From NCBI RefSeq assembly GCF_018350175.1, contig NC_058368.1, positions 207,826,001 to 207,890,000 of the forward strand: a stretch of DNA of 64,000 nt, written 5' to 3'. Each line of letters begins with the position of its first letter. Positions within the stretch are counted from its first letter, which is position 1. Under the pieces are notes generated by a model. That model worked only from the letters and a program-made list of their open reading frames with translations, searched no databases and was not told the origin of the DNA. This document shows positions 12,701-27,500 of this stretch, piece after piece. This DNA comes from Felis catus. Its lineage: Eukaryota. Position numbers and translations under genes: made by a program.

Positions 12701-15700
12701 AATTATAAGATGCACCAGTATTTTAGTATACCACTAAAAAAAAAAAAGAAAAAAAAATGCTGCTATTAAGCTAGGACATACCACTGATTGCAAGATGCAG
12801 TCTGATTTTAGAGGTATTGAGTGTGAAAAATGTGCATCTTAGAATCAACAAAATATGGAAATATAATATGCAAATTTATTTAGGGTTTCTTTTTGCTTTC
12901 TTTCAAAATATGTTTGAAGTAGTTTATAATTACTTAACAAAAAGTTAAAAATAAAAATAGGATAAAATGTCATAGATGTCATTAGACACCCAGACATCTA
13001 GTCTTTTACTAGAATTAGATACTGAATTTAGATGAGTCCCTTAGTGCCTAAAAGAAAACAATAAACCTAATTGGTTTAAACATGAATTTAAAATGCTGTG
13101 ACTTAGGAGTGCCTGGGTGGCTCAGTCAGATTAGTGTCCGATTTCAGCTCAGGTCGTGCGTGATCTCACGGTTTGTGGGTTTAAGCCCCTCGTCAGGCTC
13201 TGTGCTGACAGCTCAGAGCCTGGAGCCTGCTCCAGATTCTGTGTCTCCCTCTCTCTCTGCCCTTCCCCTGCTCATGCTCTGTCTCTCAAAAATAAACAAA
13301 CATTAAAAAAAAAATTTTTTTTTAAATACTGTGACTTAAATAAAAAAATAAAATGCTGTGACTTGGTTCCTTGGAAGTATATTTTAAGACTAGGAACTCA
13401 TTTCTATTGTAATTTGAAGAATAAACTAACAGGAATCTATACCAACTGAGTGAATGTCCACGGTCAAATCTTTTTTATTTTTTAATGTTTATTTATTTTG
13501 AGAGAGGGAGAGCACGTGCACGCAAGCAGGGAAGGGCAGAGAGAGAGGAAGAGAGAGAATCCCAAGCAGGCTCTGTGCTGTCAGTGCAGAGCCCGACATG
13601 GGGCTCCATCCCACAAACTGTGAGATCATGACCTGAGCCAAACTCAAACGCTTAACCGACTGAGCCACCCAGGGGCCCCTCCTTCTTTTCTCCTAATTTT
13701 ATCCTGAATATTTGGAGATTTTAGAAATTCACTGCCATTAAAACAAACAATCAGGAGTAACTGGGTGGCTCAGTAGGTTAAATGTCTGACTCTTTAGGCT
13801 CAGGTCATGATCTCATAGGTTCATGAGATTGAGCCCTGTGTTGGGCTCTGCACAGTCAGCTCAACCTGCTTGGGGTTGTCTCTCCCTGTCTCTCTGCCCC
13901 TCCAGTGCTTGTGTGTGCATGCATGTGCACACTGTCTCTCTCTTTTTCCCCCTCTTCCCCTCTCTGTCTCTCAAGATAAATAAGTAAACATTAAAAAATA
14001 AACAGCCAAACAAGAACACACTTCATGTAAACTGTGCCATAATGAATCCTGTAATTTTTCTTTGGAAATAACCGAAGATCCTCATAACGACATAATTTCA
14101 CATCTCACTCAAGTTCAGACACTTGGTCTCAAGAAGTTCTGATGTGGCTTCTCAGCAGTTTAACCCTTTATTTTTGACATTTTTTCCCCAGATGACTGTT
14201 AAACAAAAAATTCTGGAAATACATCACTAACAGCTGCTATGATTTTGTTTGTTGTTTTTTCTGTGCTTTTATTAACAATCCTTTGATCATAGGTATGTTC
14301 ATAATGGAGGACGACCGGTTTGGCAGCAGCTCTACTAGTACATTTTTTCTTGACATCAGTGAAGACACAGAGCCAGCATTTTATGATCGGCCTGGACCTA
14401 TAAAGGATAAAAATTCCTTCCCTTTCTTTGCTTCTAGTAAACTTGTGAAGAATCGTATCTTAAATTCGCTTACTTTGCCTAATAAAAAACATCGTAGTAG
14501 CAGTGATCCAAAAGGAGGGAAACTGTCATCTGAAAATAAGACAAACAACAGGCGGATCAGAACGCTTACGGAGCCCAGTGTCGACTTTAACCATAGTGAT
14601 GATTTCACACCCATGTCCACAGTACAGAAAACATTACAATTAGAAACTTCATTCGTTGGGAATAAGCACATTGAAGACGCTGGTAGCACTCCAAGCATTG
14701 GAGAGAATGACTTAAAATTCACCAAGAGTCTTGGTACAGAGAATCACAGAGAAAACACAAGCCGAGAGAGATTAGTTGTAGAAAGTTCAACAAGCTCACA
14801 TATGAAGATACGTAGCCAAAGTTTTAATACAGACACTACAACAAGTGGAATAAGTTCAATGAGCTCCAGTCCTTCACGAGAGACCGTAGGTGTGGATACT
14901 ACGACTGTGGACACAGACTGTGGAAGTATGAGTACTGTGGTAAGTACTAAAACTGTTAAGACAAGCCACTATCTGACGCCACAGTCTAACCATCTATCTC
15001 TCTCCAAATCAAACTCAGTGTCCCTGGTGCCTCCAGGTTCTTCTCATACGCTTCCTAGAAGAGCACAGTCCCTTAAAGCACCCTCTATTGCTACAATTAA
15101 AAGTCTAGCAGATTGTAACTTTAGTTACACAAGTTCTAGAGACGCCTTTGGCTACGCTACACTGAAAAGATTACAGCAGCAAAGAATGCATCCATCCTTA
15201 TCTCACTCTGAAGCTTTGGCATCTCCAGCAAAAGATGTGCTATTTACTGATACCATCACCATGAAGGCCAACAGCTTTGAATCCAGGTTAACACCAAGCA
15301 GGTGAGCAGATACGCACTTAAAAATGAACAATAACGGTTGCATTTTAACAGGCTTAAATGGAAAGCATTAGGCAGGTTTTACATCTACATCAGCCTCAGA
15401 ACCGACCTATTAGAATTGTTTACTATGGTAGGCTGTAAGCTCCTAGTTACCCGATATGATTTGAAATGGATTCTTGCAGCTGCGAGGGGGGAAAAGAAAT
15501 TCTATTAGGCCCTGAAAATAAACATACATGCTTTTCAAGGACACACAAGTCACAAGCTTTTTTTTATTTCTCGCTTCTGCAAGGATCGATTTTAAAAAGA
15601 AGCATGTCGGGGGAATCAGGAGCTTAAGACCTACAATAACAAACAACCTTTTCAGGTAGGTCAATTTAAGGCTCCAAAAGTTGACCTTACTATTATTTTT

Positions 15701-18700
15701 TTAAGTAACGACAGATTTCAGTGAAATTCTTTTCATTTTGTCTTAAGTAGCTGTGATTATTTGGTAGGAACCTAATGAACATTAAATGAATTCCTTGGCT
15801 CTGAGGATTCAGCAGTAGTTGCCTACACTCAAGAACATGTAGGGAGTTTCTGTGCCATATCTAAAGATTAGATCAAGTTGATCAAAATAAACAGCTTTGA
15901 TTTTACCTTTAAAAGATAGGCAATGTTAAATTTGACTGTTGGCAAAGATTTTTGTACCCATTCTTTGTTGTTGTTGGGCCAGTTACTTCTAAAAACTTTC
16001 TTAGTTTTTGGTTATTAATTTACAGTCATTTAAATGGATTAGTATTTGTCAAGTGCTGAGAATAGTGCCTGACACCTATCATCATCATCATCATGGGTAG
16101 TTACTTCCTTACGTAACCCATTTGGCTCTTATACAGCCAAATTCTTCAGAACATTAAGATATTATTAAGCAGTTTTGTTTCAGTGATGCTAGTGCATGTA
16201 GTAGAAGGGGTTCCTTTGCAGCGGTAATAAATTGTATTTCATTTGATAGAATTTTATAAATTATGGAGTAATGTCTCCTCTACCAGGAACTCACCTGGCT
16301 TTGGCAACCTCATCAATCAGAACAAACACAGGAAAATCTCTTAATAGCTTACTAGTCTAAATCTATGCAGTGAGGTTCATGAATTTTATTCAAAAGAGAT
16401 AAGGTACCTCTGACCCAGATTCAGAGTGTGTTGATACTTATTCTAACAAGCAGGGATATCAGGTTTTCAGGCCTATGGAAGCAAAAATGAAAAGCTTCTG
16501 ACTGGTGGAACACTCTTAACAGGAAAAGACAACTGATAAAATTGATAGCAAAGGAGGAAACTTTTATATTACAATAACGTATTTGAAAACTCAAAGACCA
16601 GCACAGCAAGCAGGGGCAGTAAACATAGCACAACAAAGTAAGCAGTAAGAGTTGCACCATCTCACAGCTCAGTGCAGTAACCGAAGCACCATTAACTCTG
16701 AAGCATCCTGTTCATTATGTGTCATTGAAACAGGCATTTCTATCCAAATTGTTGAAAGCACAGATTAGAAAGTTGTACTGCTTAAATATTCATAAGAATA
16801 GACCAGAAAAAGACAGCTACCCCAGATCATTTATTTCCTAACCAGTCTGGATTCTTAGAATCTTATTTCCTGTATTCTCTATTAGACCAGGAGAAGGTGG
16901 TTTGGGAATTTTACTCCTGGAGTAAAATGTCAGGTTATTGGTGTTATAAAGGATGAATAGGTGTTTTAATTTCTTGGGAGGGAAATAAATAAAAACAAGA
17001 AAAAAACAGGAGAGCCAGGAACAGCTTGTACGAAGGCATGACAGCATAACGAAACTTCATGTTCATCAAATCTTTCATTTGTTCTTCAAATTGTATTGAG
17101 TACTTGCTGTGTACCAGGTTCCATGGGGGTAAAATTGTGTTCCTACCCCTTTCCTTTATTGAGTTCGTTCAGAGAAAATGAAAATGATGGAAGATAACTA
17201 CAAGTTTACTTTAAAATAACAGTTTGGAAGCCAGGCTGAGAAGGATTATTATTCTTTGTTTTTTGTTTTTTTTCTCAAAATTAAACAAGTAGGCTTGTAG
17301 ATACCTGTGATATAATGGATGGCACGAATCCAACAGTCTTAAAAAATCATGTCTCACTGAGATGTCTCCTTGGGACATGATACAACACTCGATTAGGAAT
17401 CCTTAATCCTAAATTCTAATCCTGGCACTGAGTGAATGAACTTGAACAAGGAACAAGGTTTCATAAATTATGCTATAATGTCTCATCTGCCTGGAATTCA
17501 GCAGCTTTGCAAACTTCCTCAATCCAGAACGAAAACAGGCAGACTTCAGTTGCTCACTGTTGTGAATCTGTGTAGTAAAGTTCATGAATTTTGGAATATC
17601 TAGGCCTCAGTTGCCTTATCTAATGGAATTTGGACTAGATCAGTGGCTTTAAGCTTTTCAAATGTTGCGTTTTAGGTAGAGAAACTCTTTCTTCACAAAA
17701 ACATTTCTATGGAAACCCAATATGGATAATAGATTAAAATGGATCTACTTAGTTGAGATAGGGATTGGGAGGGCAAGTGATCCAATAATTCCTTGCTTTA
17801 TCTGCAGTACTCCTTTAAGAGTTTTATGGAGCAAGAGAGGTTTAACAGAATACCATTTAAAAACCGCTGACCTATGTTATGAAATCTGTCATTTTCAACT
17901 GTGAGTGGTTTTTAAGCGGACATTAGAAATTAGTGGTTTTTATTATGATAATCTTAATAGCTACTATTTATGAAGGATTTATTTTGTATGCATTATAAAA
18001 TAATTTTTCTAAATATCAGGTTACATTATTAAATTTTAAATGACTTGGGTTTCCGAATGCCAGTGTACATTAACTATGGAGCCTTGTGTAGTGCCTTGTA
18101 TAAACAAAGCAGGCACCTACTAAATATTTTAGCATGGATGTTGCATGAATAAGAAATCTGTATGAGAAAGATGTATCTTAGGGAAATATCAGCATACCAT
18201 ATGTATTATGGCATCACTAGTAAGGTGTGCTTTGAGGAAATACCAGTGCTTCAAATAAGACTATCTTGTAATATTTACAGATGATAACATTATTGCTGTT
18301 TTGTGTCTGTCTTCTGTTACATAAATCTTGTTGCCACACAATAAGTGTTTATTCTTATTTTTCATAAAAATAATGTTAAATGGAGTTAATAGACATGCCC
18401 TTAGTTAACTTATAGCAAAGTTTGTAGTTTGAAAGGATCGTGAAGATAATCCTTGGATCATACCTGTGACTTCTAAGATTTGTTTTGTTTTGTTTTGTTT
18501 TGTTTTGTTTTGTTTTGCTTCTAGATATTGAAAGTTCTAATTGCCCACCTTGACACTTTTACCTGGGAGGCCATAGCAGTTGTTTTTCCTAACAGTCTCA
18601 TTACTGATGATCTTTTGTATGTCATTTTGTAACAGCTAAATAATTTCAAGTGTTTTCAAGCTCTTAATAAACGATGGCACTGTTTAGTACTTGACTAGCT

Positions 18701-21700
18701 ACTTATCTTTTATGAAGTTACAAAAATAAATTATAATTTCATATAAATTATATATGATTAATATTACAAATCAAGAAACTAATGCAAGTGGATTTTTTTT
18801 TTACGGTTTTGTAGGTTCATGAAAGCTTTAAGTTATGCGTCATTAGATAAAGAAGACTTACTGAGTCCTATTAATCAAAATACCCTGCAGCGATCCTCGT
18901 CAGTGAGATCCATGGTGTCCAGTGCAACATATGGTAGTTCAGATGACTATATTGGTCTTGCTCTTCCAGTAGACATCAATGACATATTCCAGGTATCATA
19001 AGTCGTCTTGTTTTCTTACTAGTTGGTTTCCTATTATTTCATATTCTATGACTCCTTGCTAGAAATTGTATCTTCGAGCAAATACTGTTTTAGGGGAAGA
19101 TCATTTTTTAAGGCAGTTTTGTTTAAAGACGTTTCATGATGGAAACTGTTTCACCTTTCTCTACTATTCTGTACTTTTTAATTTAGTATTTCCAAGTCCC
19201 GGAACATGATCCTTCCTTCTCTTCCCAAACCAAATCAGCATTTTGTTTTATTTCTTTATCAGTATATTCTCTATAGAAGTTTAGTGAAACTTTAACTGCT
19301 TTTTAGCCACATTTGACTTACCCTTGTGTGTTTTTTCACATGTAACATTGTGGACGTTTCACAGTACATTCCTAGGTTTTTTTAAACCTGTGTATCCTGT
19401 ATAAGGCGGCCACATGTGCCCAGTATATAAGGTGGCCCTGATCCCAGCAGATACTCACAAACATCTCCATGGTAGATGGTACTGAAGAAGACGCATTTGC
19501 TCAGGAGTCTAAAGACATTTTAGATAAATTCTAAAATAATCATTCAATATTTATTGAAATTACCAAGAATAAATAAGGACTTTAAGGATTTTATTTTGTC
19601 AGATGTTGGTAATTTAAGCCTCTTTAGTGAACTGTTTGTGGTAGGTTCATGTGCTATAGTAATTCTATTTAAATTGCATTTAATTTAATTTTGCTACTAT
19701 TCATAAAGTGAACTTCTTCATAATTTATCTATTTTAGGTAAAGGATATTCCCTATTTTCAGACAAAAAACATACCTCCACATGATGATCGAGGTGCCAGG
19801 GTGTTTGCCCATGATGCAGGAGGTAATGCATGGTTTAAGTTCTTTTGAGACTCCTCTTTATATTAAAAAGAAAATTGTTTTTAAAACAAAATTGATCTAA
19901 AGAAAAATATTTTTAGTAGGATGACATTAAAAATTCAGATATACTTCCTTTTGGGTCAGCTTAAAAATTATACCAAAATAATTGCGTTAATTTAAAATTA
20001 AACCACAGTATGTTTTTATTTTTATGAGGGACTTAAAGTGTTCTTCCAACTAAGCCTCTCAAGAAGACAAAAACTGGATCAGTTGATTTAAAAATTATGC
20101 GTGAAAAACTTGCAACACTAATTCTTTCAAAAGGTCTAAAAAACAGGTTTGGGGAAAAGAGATGAAAATATATTTTATGTGATCTCTGTTATGAACTGTA
20201 AGATTTTAACAAATATATGCATATCAGCCACAGATTAAAGCTTCATAATCTTGATTCTTTTTAAACAATTACCTCTTTAGACTTAGAATTATTACATTTC
20301 TTTATGGAAATACTGAGAATAATTGAAATGATGCCTTAATTGTATAATTTTAATTTTCCATCTTCTATGTAAAATTTCATATAAAACTAATAAGTAAGCA
20401 TATCTTCTACTTTTAATTTCCTAATTTAAAGCAAATTAGATTTTGAGTCATAGAAAGACTTCTTTCTGATTTTCTTCCCTAGTTTTTCTTCTTCAAAAAT
20501 TCACATAGTTTGAGGTACCTTGAAAGAGATGTCATTGATTTTATCAGATTCTGTTTCATGTTTACTTATGCACAGGTCTTCCATCTGGAACTGGAGGTCT
20601 TGTAAAAAACTCTTTTCACTTGCTACGACAACAGATGAGTCTTACAGAAATAATGAATTCAATCCATTCAGATGCTTCTCTGTTTTTAGAAAGTACAGAA
20701 GACACTGGATTACAGGAACATACAGATGATAACTGCCTTTATTGTGTCTGTATCGAAATTCTGGGTTTCCAGCCCAGTAACCAACTAAGTGCAATATGTA
20801 GTCATTCAGGTGAGTGATTATGAGCTTTTCCACATCATCTGAGTCTGCTCCAGTCACAAGTCATGTCCCAGCTCTGATGACCATCCCTCTTACTCCATTC
20901 TTACTACCCTAGCCTTAGTTCAGTCACTCATCATTTCCTATTGGAGTGTTAGTGTCTCTGTCTCCAGTTTTGGCCCCTTCCAGTTCATCTTTCATACTGT
21001 TTTCTGGGATTAGTCTGTTGACAGTTCTTTAACTGGCTGTTCATGCCCAATACATAGACTCTTTGTGTGATCTGTCTGTTGTCCTTTATTGTTGTGTTTT
21101 TTTTTAATGTTTATTTATTTTGGAAAGAGAGAGCCAAGTGGGGGAGAGGCAGAGAGAGAGGAAGACAGAATCCCAAGCGGGCTTCACGCTGTCAGCACAG
21201 AGCCTGACATGGGGCTCGAACCCAAGAACCGCAAGATCATGACCTGAGCCGAAATCAAGAGTCTGAGGCTTAACCATCTGAGCCTCCCACACACCCCCTT
21301 TTTTTCTCTAATGTTAGTAAAATACAGTGTTCTATTAGTTTCAAGTGTACAATATAACTATTCAACAATTCTGGTTTTCTTTCAATATTTTTAAATTCCA
21401 GTATGGTTAATGTACAGTGTTATGTTAGTTTCAGGTGTGCAGTATAGTGATTCAGCAATTCTGTACATTACTCAGTGTTCATCGTGATAGGTGTGCTCTT
21501 GATCCTCTGCATCTGTTTCACCTCTGGCCCCACCATCTCTCCTCTGGCAATCACTATTTTGTTTTCTGTGTTTAAGTGTTTTTTTGTCTTTGTTTTTGAT
21601 GTTTTTTGAGAGAGAGCTTGTTGCGTAGGGGCAGCGGGAGAGGGAGAGAGAGAATCCCAAGCAGGATCCACGCCCAGTGCAGAGCCTGACATAGGGCTCA

Positions 21701-22071
21701 ATCCCACGACCACGAGATCACGAGCTGAGCCTAAATCAAGAGTTGGGCATTCAACTCTTGCTGAGCCACCCAGGCACCCCTAGTCTAACATGATCAGAGC
21801 ACTTACATTAGACTACAGCTGGGCAGAATCATCAACACAAAGTCTGTGGTATAGTAAGGTGTTGAGTACGTCATGTAATTGATTAAATACTCTGCTGAAC
21901 GTGAAACAGAATGGCTTTGTGGGAACAGGACGGTTGTAGTGTATTAGCTGTTTACTCTCATGATCACATGGCTGACAGAGCTGTGGCTCGCTGTCACTGT
22001 CCAGCATCACGAGAGAGGATCATACTGCAGATCGCTAGCCCAGGGAAAGATCTAAATTCCAAATTTAAAGC

Positions 22072-22109
<38 letters not shown>

Positions 22110-24546
22110 TTTTTTTTTTTTTTTTTCAACGTTTATTTATTTTTGGGACAGAGAGAGACACAGCATGAACGGGGGAGGGGCAGAGAGAGAGGGAGACACA
22201 GAATCGGAAACAGGCTCCAGGCTCTGAGCCATCAGCCCAGAGCCCGACGTGGGGCTCGAACTCGCGGACCGCGAGATCGTGACCTGGCTGAAGTCGGACG
22301 CTTAACCGACTGCGCCACCCAGGCGCCCCTTTAAAGCAGTTTCTACTGAATGTGTATCATTTTTGCACCATCATAAAGTCGACCTGTCATCAGTTGAGGA
22401 CCATCTGTATTAGCAATTTCAAATTAATATGTGTTTATATGAGTGTTTAAAGTGTTTCCATAGATGTCCTTTCTTGGTGAATATCATTTAGCCACACTCA
22501 AGAAAAACCTGGTCATAACTAAAGTTCTCTGAGTTACTCTTCTAAATTTCTCCTTGATAGTCTGATTCAGAGCTTTCCAACTGATGGGTTGCAGCATGCT
22601 GATGCACCATAAATAAGATATGGGTATGCTAAGTTAATTAATTCCCTTAATGTTTCCATGCCCCCTAGGGCCTGGGTTTGGGCAAACCCTTGGCCTAGGC
22701 ACTTTCCACTGTGAACAGCCCCGTCCAGGGCCCTAGTGTGCTGTAATTATTCTCATTTCCTGTGAGTGAGAGGTTTGGGCAATATTGTTCTGATGTATTA
22801 TACATGGTAGAAAATAGTGTGATTTTAAATCATTTGGCTCTACATCGTTTATGATATTTTAGTTTCTGCAAGTTCTGCTTCATTTATATACTTATTCATC
22901 AAACACTTAGGAACAGTTACGATGGATTTTACTATACTGTTTTCTACTTAATTTTATCAAACAAGAAATAGGGAAACCAGCCCTCCAATTATCTAGTCAG
23001 AAGACAGTCACAGCTAATTCTAATCCATTTGTGACCTGTAGCTGGGAGAGTGATCGGCAGAGAGCGTCATGGGGTTTGGGACTTGTGAAACACTTGCTGG
23101 AAGCAGAAAGGTGCTCACCTTGGCATAGCTGTCAGAGCCTCTCGGCTGGTGCGCCAGTGATGTGAAGTGTTTCTAAGGAACAGCAGGGGAAAAATCTGAA
23201 CTGGGAAATGATTGCAGTTTGTTGCTGATACCCATCTCAGAAGCATGAAGGGAGGAAGGCCAAATGGTTAAAAAGTCACCGAACTTTTATTCATTGATGC
23301 CCTTGACATAATATTTATTATGCCACTACCGTGGGCCAGACATTAAACTAGATGCCAGGAAAACTTTTGTGAGGGAAGGAAAACAAAAAATAACACACTG
23401 TTCTTACACTCTCTGAGCTTCAGTTCAGTGGGGGAAAGAAATGGATGAATGGATTGACTGATCAGTCACTTGATCAATTGATTTTGTAAATACAGTACTG
23501 CATTTGTAATAAGTGTCATCAAGGGTAGGTACATGGTATTAGCAAAGGAATACAACCAAGTAGAATACAACCAAGTCAAAGAGGAGACTTCTGAAGAAGT
23601 CATTATTGAGCTGTGGTCTAAAAAATGAATAGAAGCTAACAAAGTAAAGACTGGCATATAGAGAATTTGAAGAGAGAGTGAACAGCCAGAGCAAAGGTCT
23701 TCTCTTATGAGAGTGTACGTGGGAAGTAGGAGGGACTGAAAAGACACCTGTGTGAATAGAGCTCAGAAAGCAAGACGGAAGAGGATGTATGACCTAGAGA
23801 GATAGGCAGAGACCTGGCCCTGCAGATCTCTTGCTGCCCAGAGTATGGTCAGAGGACCAGCAGCATCAGCATCACCTACGAGTTTGTCAGAAATGCAGAA
23901 TCTCACACTCCACACCTAGAATCAGAATCTGCACTTTCACGAGATTCCCAGGTTGTTCATGTGCACAGTACAGTTTCAGAAGCATTCCTGTAGGCCACCT
24001 GGAAGATTTTGTATATCAGAAAGAAGACATCCGTATTGTCCATGGCAGATAACTAAAAACTAATCCCTGTACTATTTAATGACCATTTTAAAGGAACATC
24101 AAGACTAGAGCTCATTTCATTCTTTAGAACATCTGGTCTGGCAGATGTTCAAACATGTAAAGCTCAAAGGAAAGGCTGTTGGAAGAGGGTATTTGCTAAC
24201 ATCCTGTTCTGCTTCTGCCACCTTCACAGATGTTCGTGCAATTATGTAGTTCTAGTGTACTTAGAAGAATGAGTTTTTTTTTTTTTTTAAATGAGAACGG
24301 ATGACATGTTCAGAGATAGGATGTGATTCTAACATGTTAGACATGTTAGGAGTCATCATCGCTGGCTAAAGGGAAGGCTGAAATATATAAAAGTTTATAA
24401 GTTTTCAGAAACATGTCAGTTGAATATAGTTTAAATTTCTTACTGTTCTTGTGCTGGAATATTTTGTCATCATAGTCCCTGGGGAGTTCATCACCTGAGT
24501 CTAAAATAACACGTTCGTCTCTTACCTGGTTATTCAGCACTACTGC

Positions 24547-24577
<31 letters not shown>

Positions 24578-27500
24578 CCAAATTAGTTAGCATATAGTGC
24601 AACAATGATTTCAGGAGTAGATTCCTTAATGCCCCGTACCCATTTAGCCCATCCCCCCTCCCACAACCCCTCCAGTAACCCTCTGTTCTTCTGTCAGTTG
24701 GCTTTTAGTTTTGCTGATTGTTTCCTTTGCTGTGCAGAAGCTTTTTATTTTGATGAGGTCCCAATAGTTCATTTTTGCCTTTGTTTCCCTTGCCTCTGGA
24801 GACGTGTTGCATAAGAAGTTGCTGCAGGCAGGATCAAAGAGGTTTTTGCCTGCTTTCTCCTCGAGGATTTTGATGGCTTCCTGTCTTACATTAAGGTCTT
24901 TCATCCATTTTGAGTTTATTTTTGTGTATGGTGTAAGAAAGTGGTCCAGGTTCATTCTTCTGCATGTTGCTGTCCAGTTTTCCCAGCACCACTTGCTGAA
25001 AAGACTGTGTTTATTCCATTGCATATTCTTTCCTGCTTTGTCAAAAGTGAGTTGGCCATACGTTTATGGGTCCATTTCTGGGTTCTCTATTCTGTTCCAT
25101 TGATCTGAGTGTCTGTTCTTGTACCATACTGTCTTGATGATTACAGCTTTGTAGTATAGCTTGAAGTCTGGGATTGTGATGCCTCCTGCTTTGGTGTTCT
25201 TTTTCAAGATCGCTTTGTCTATTCAGGGTCTTTTCTAGTTCCATACAAATTTTAGGATTATTTGTTCTAGCTCTGTGAAGAATGCCAGTGTTATTTTGAT
25301 AGGGATTACATTGAACATGCAGATTGCTTTGGGTAGTATCGACATTTTAACAATATTAGTTCTTCCTATCCAGGAGCATGGAATCTTTTTCCATTTTTTT
25401 GTGTCTTCTTCAATTTCTTTCATAAATTTCTATAGTTTTCAGCGTACAGATTTTTCACCTCTTTCGTTAGATTTATTCCTAGGTATTTTATGGTTTTGGG
25501 TGCAATTATAAATGGGATCGATTCCTTGATTTCTCTTTCTGTTGCTTCATTCTTGGTGAATAGGAATGCAACCGATTTCTGTGCACTGATTTTATATCCT
25601 GCAACTTTGCTGAATTCATGAGTCAGCTCTAGCAGTTTTTTGGTGGAATCTTTTGGGTTTTCCACATAGAGCATCATGTCATCTGCGAAGAGTGAAGTTT
25701 GACCTCCTCCTGACCGATTTGGATGCCTTTGGCACTGCTGCTTTTTAAGTACATCTTTAGTTCTCAAATCTTTTGGCAATAGTTTTACTTTTTAAATCCA
25801 TGAATGATGAAGTAGCATGTGTTATTTTAAGTGCCTGAAAGACACATGATTTCCTTAATAACCAGAATTTTAAAACTACGCCAATTTATAACTATTCTTT
25901 TCCAAGGAACCAAAGCATTTGCTGCTTAGTATTATGTAAATAGTAATCTTAGGAAGTGCTTAGAGGTGAGAGGAGGGGGTGATATCTGTTTTGTGGAAAA
26001 AAAACATAGGGGGAGATTGACATTGGTTTGGTTTCCTGGGCTTTAAAAATAGGGCTTTTTTTCTGTACTGTGACAACGTGCTATAGTAGAAAGACTACTG
26101 GACCATCTGTCAAGAGCTCTTACCTTCTGGCTAAGTGTGTGTCTCCTTTCTCTGAATTTCTTTTCTTTCATGAGATGAGAGTCTTAATTAATTTCCAGTA
26201 TGTCTTATAGTACGAAGGTTGTATGATTTTATAGGTTGACCCGTGTTACTCCCTAAAAGGATAGCCAAAGACTTCCTGATTTCCATTTGCCCTAATCACT
26301 TTAAGTGCTCAGGAAAATTTTAAATAAAAAAATTAATGTCATCTTAGAAACACTGGAGATGTTTGGTTGATTTCAAAATCCCATCTAGGAGTACCTTAGC
26401 AATGCATGGGAAGGGTAGTAAGTTTAATTCTAAGGAATGAACTGATGATAAGCCCAGGGAAGTATGATTCTTATATTGGTAATTATTAAATGGGGAGAAA
26501 GGAAGTCATAAATAATAGTATAGTATAATCTTACCACACCCAAAGAATAAGAAAAAGAAATTTAAAATAGCAAAAGATCTTAAAGATACATATATGTCAA
26601 ACTTTTTAACCATATTTCCCTTTAGGGAGGCATTTAGTTTGGGGGTGGGAGTCATGGGTGAGGGAGTAGATAAGGTACCTTCGTGTTTTATTCTATATAT
26701 GTCTTTATTTGAATTCTTTAATCACATAGTTTTATGTTATTTTTGTAATTTAGGAAAATTTATGTATAAAATCTTTAGAATTTAACAAATTTCACTATCT
26801 GAACAGTCTGAATTTATTTCCAAGATCATTATGGAAAATGTTGCAAATTGGAAAGAAATTAAAAGGAATCATCTCCTCTCTGGTATATAATGCAAGCATA
26901 GGAATTAAGCCATTATAATGATACTTTAATTGCAATAATTCATTTTTTCTTCAGACCTTCAAGACATTCCATATTCTGATTGGTGTGAGCAGACTATCCA
27001 TAATCCCTTAGAAGTGGTTCCTTCTAAGTTTTCAGGGATTTCTGGATGCAGTGATGGAGTGTCTCAAGAAGGCTCAGCCAGCAGCACCAAAAGCACAGAA
27101 TTGTTGTTAGGTAAGTTTCAGATTCAAATCCAAACATTGTTAGTAAAACTATACTTAGTTTTGTGGTTGTTGTTGATAAATAATGTTAATTGATGTTATC
27201 TCAAAATTGTGGCCAGCCTGTTTTAGTCAGGTGTCCTTATCAGTACCTGTATTTAGTCACCTGTATCAGCTGCTGAGGTGTGTCCTTTTAGTTGGCTTCT
27301 TGCATTAGAATTTTATTTCCAGAACGATCAGTAGATTATGCGCAGTTTATCTCTGTCTTAGATCTTTAGTTTAAGAACAAATTCCATGAGTTGTAATCAT
27401 TTTCTATTGTGATAAAGATAAAATATTTTAATCGCCTTTTCAGGTGTTAAAACAATTCCAGATGATACACCAATGTGCCGCATACTCCTTCGCAAAGAAG

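Noticed and set aside
14381..14725. 114-aa antisense ORF
   Set aside because: Shadow of the large RICTOR exon; no independent signals
24644..25779. Reverse-transcriptase-like ORFs
   Set aside because: Frameshifted, truncated L1 ORF2 remnants
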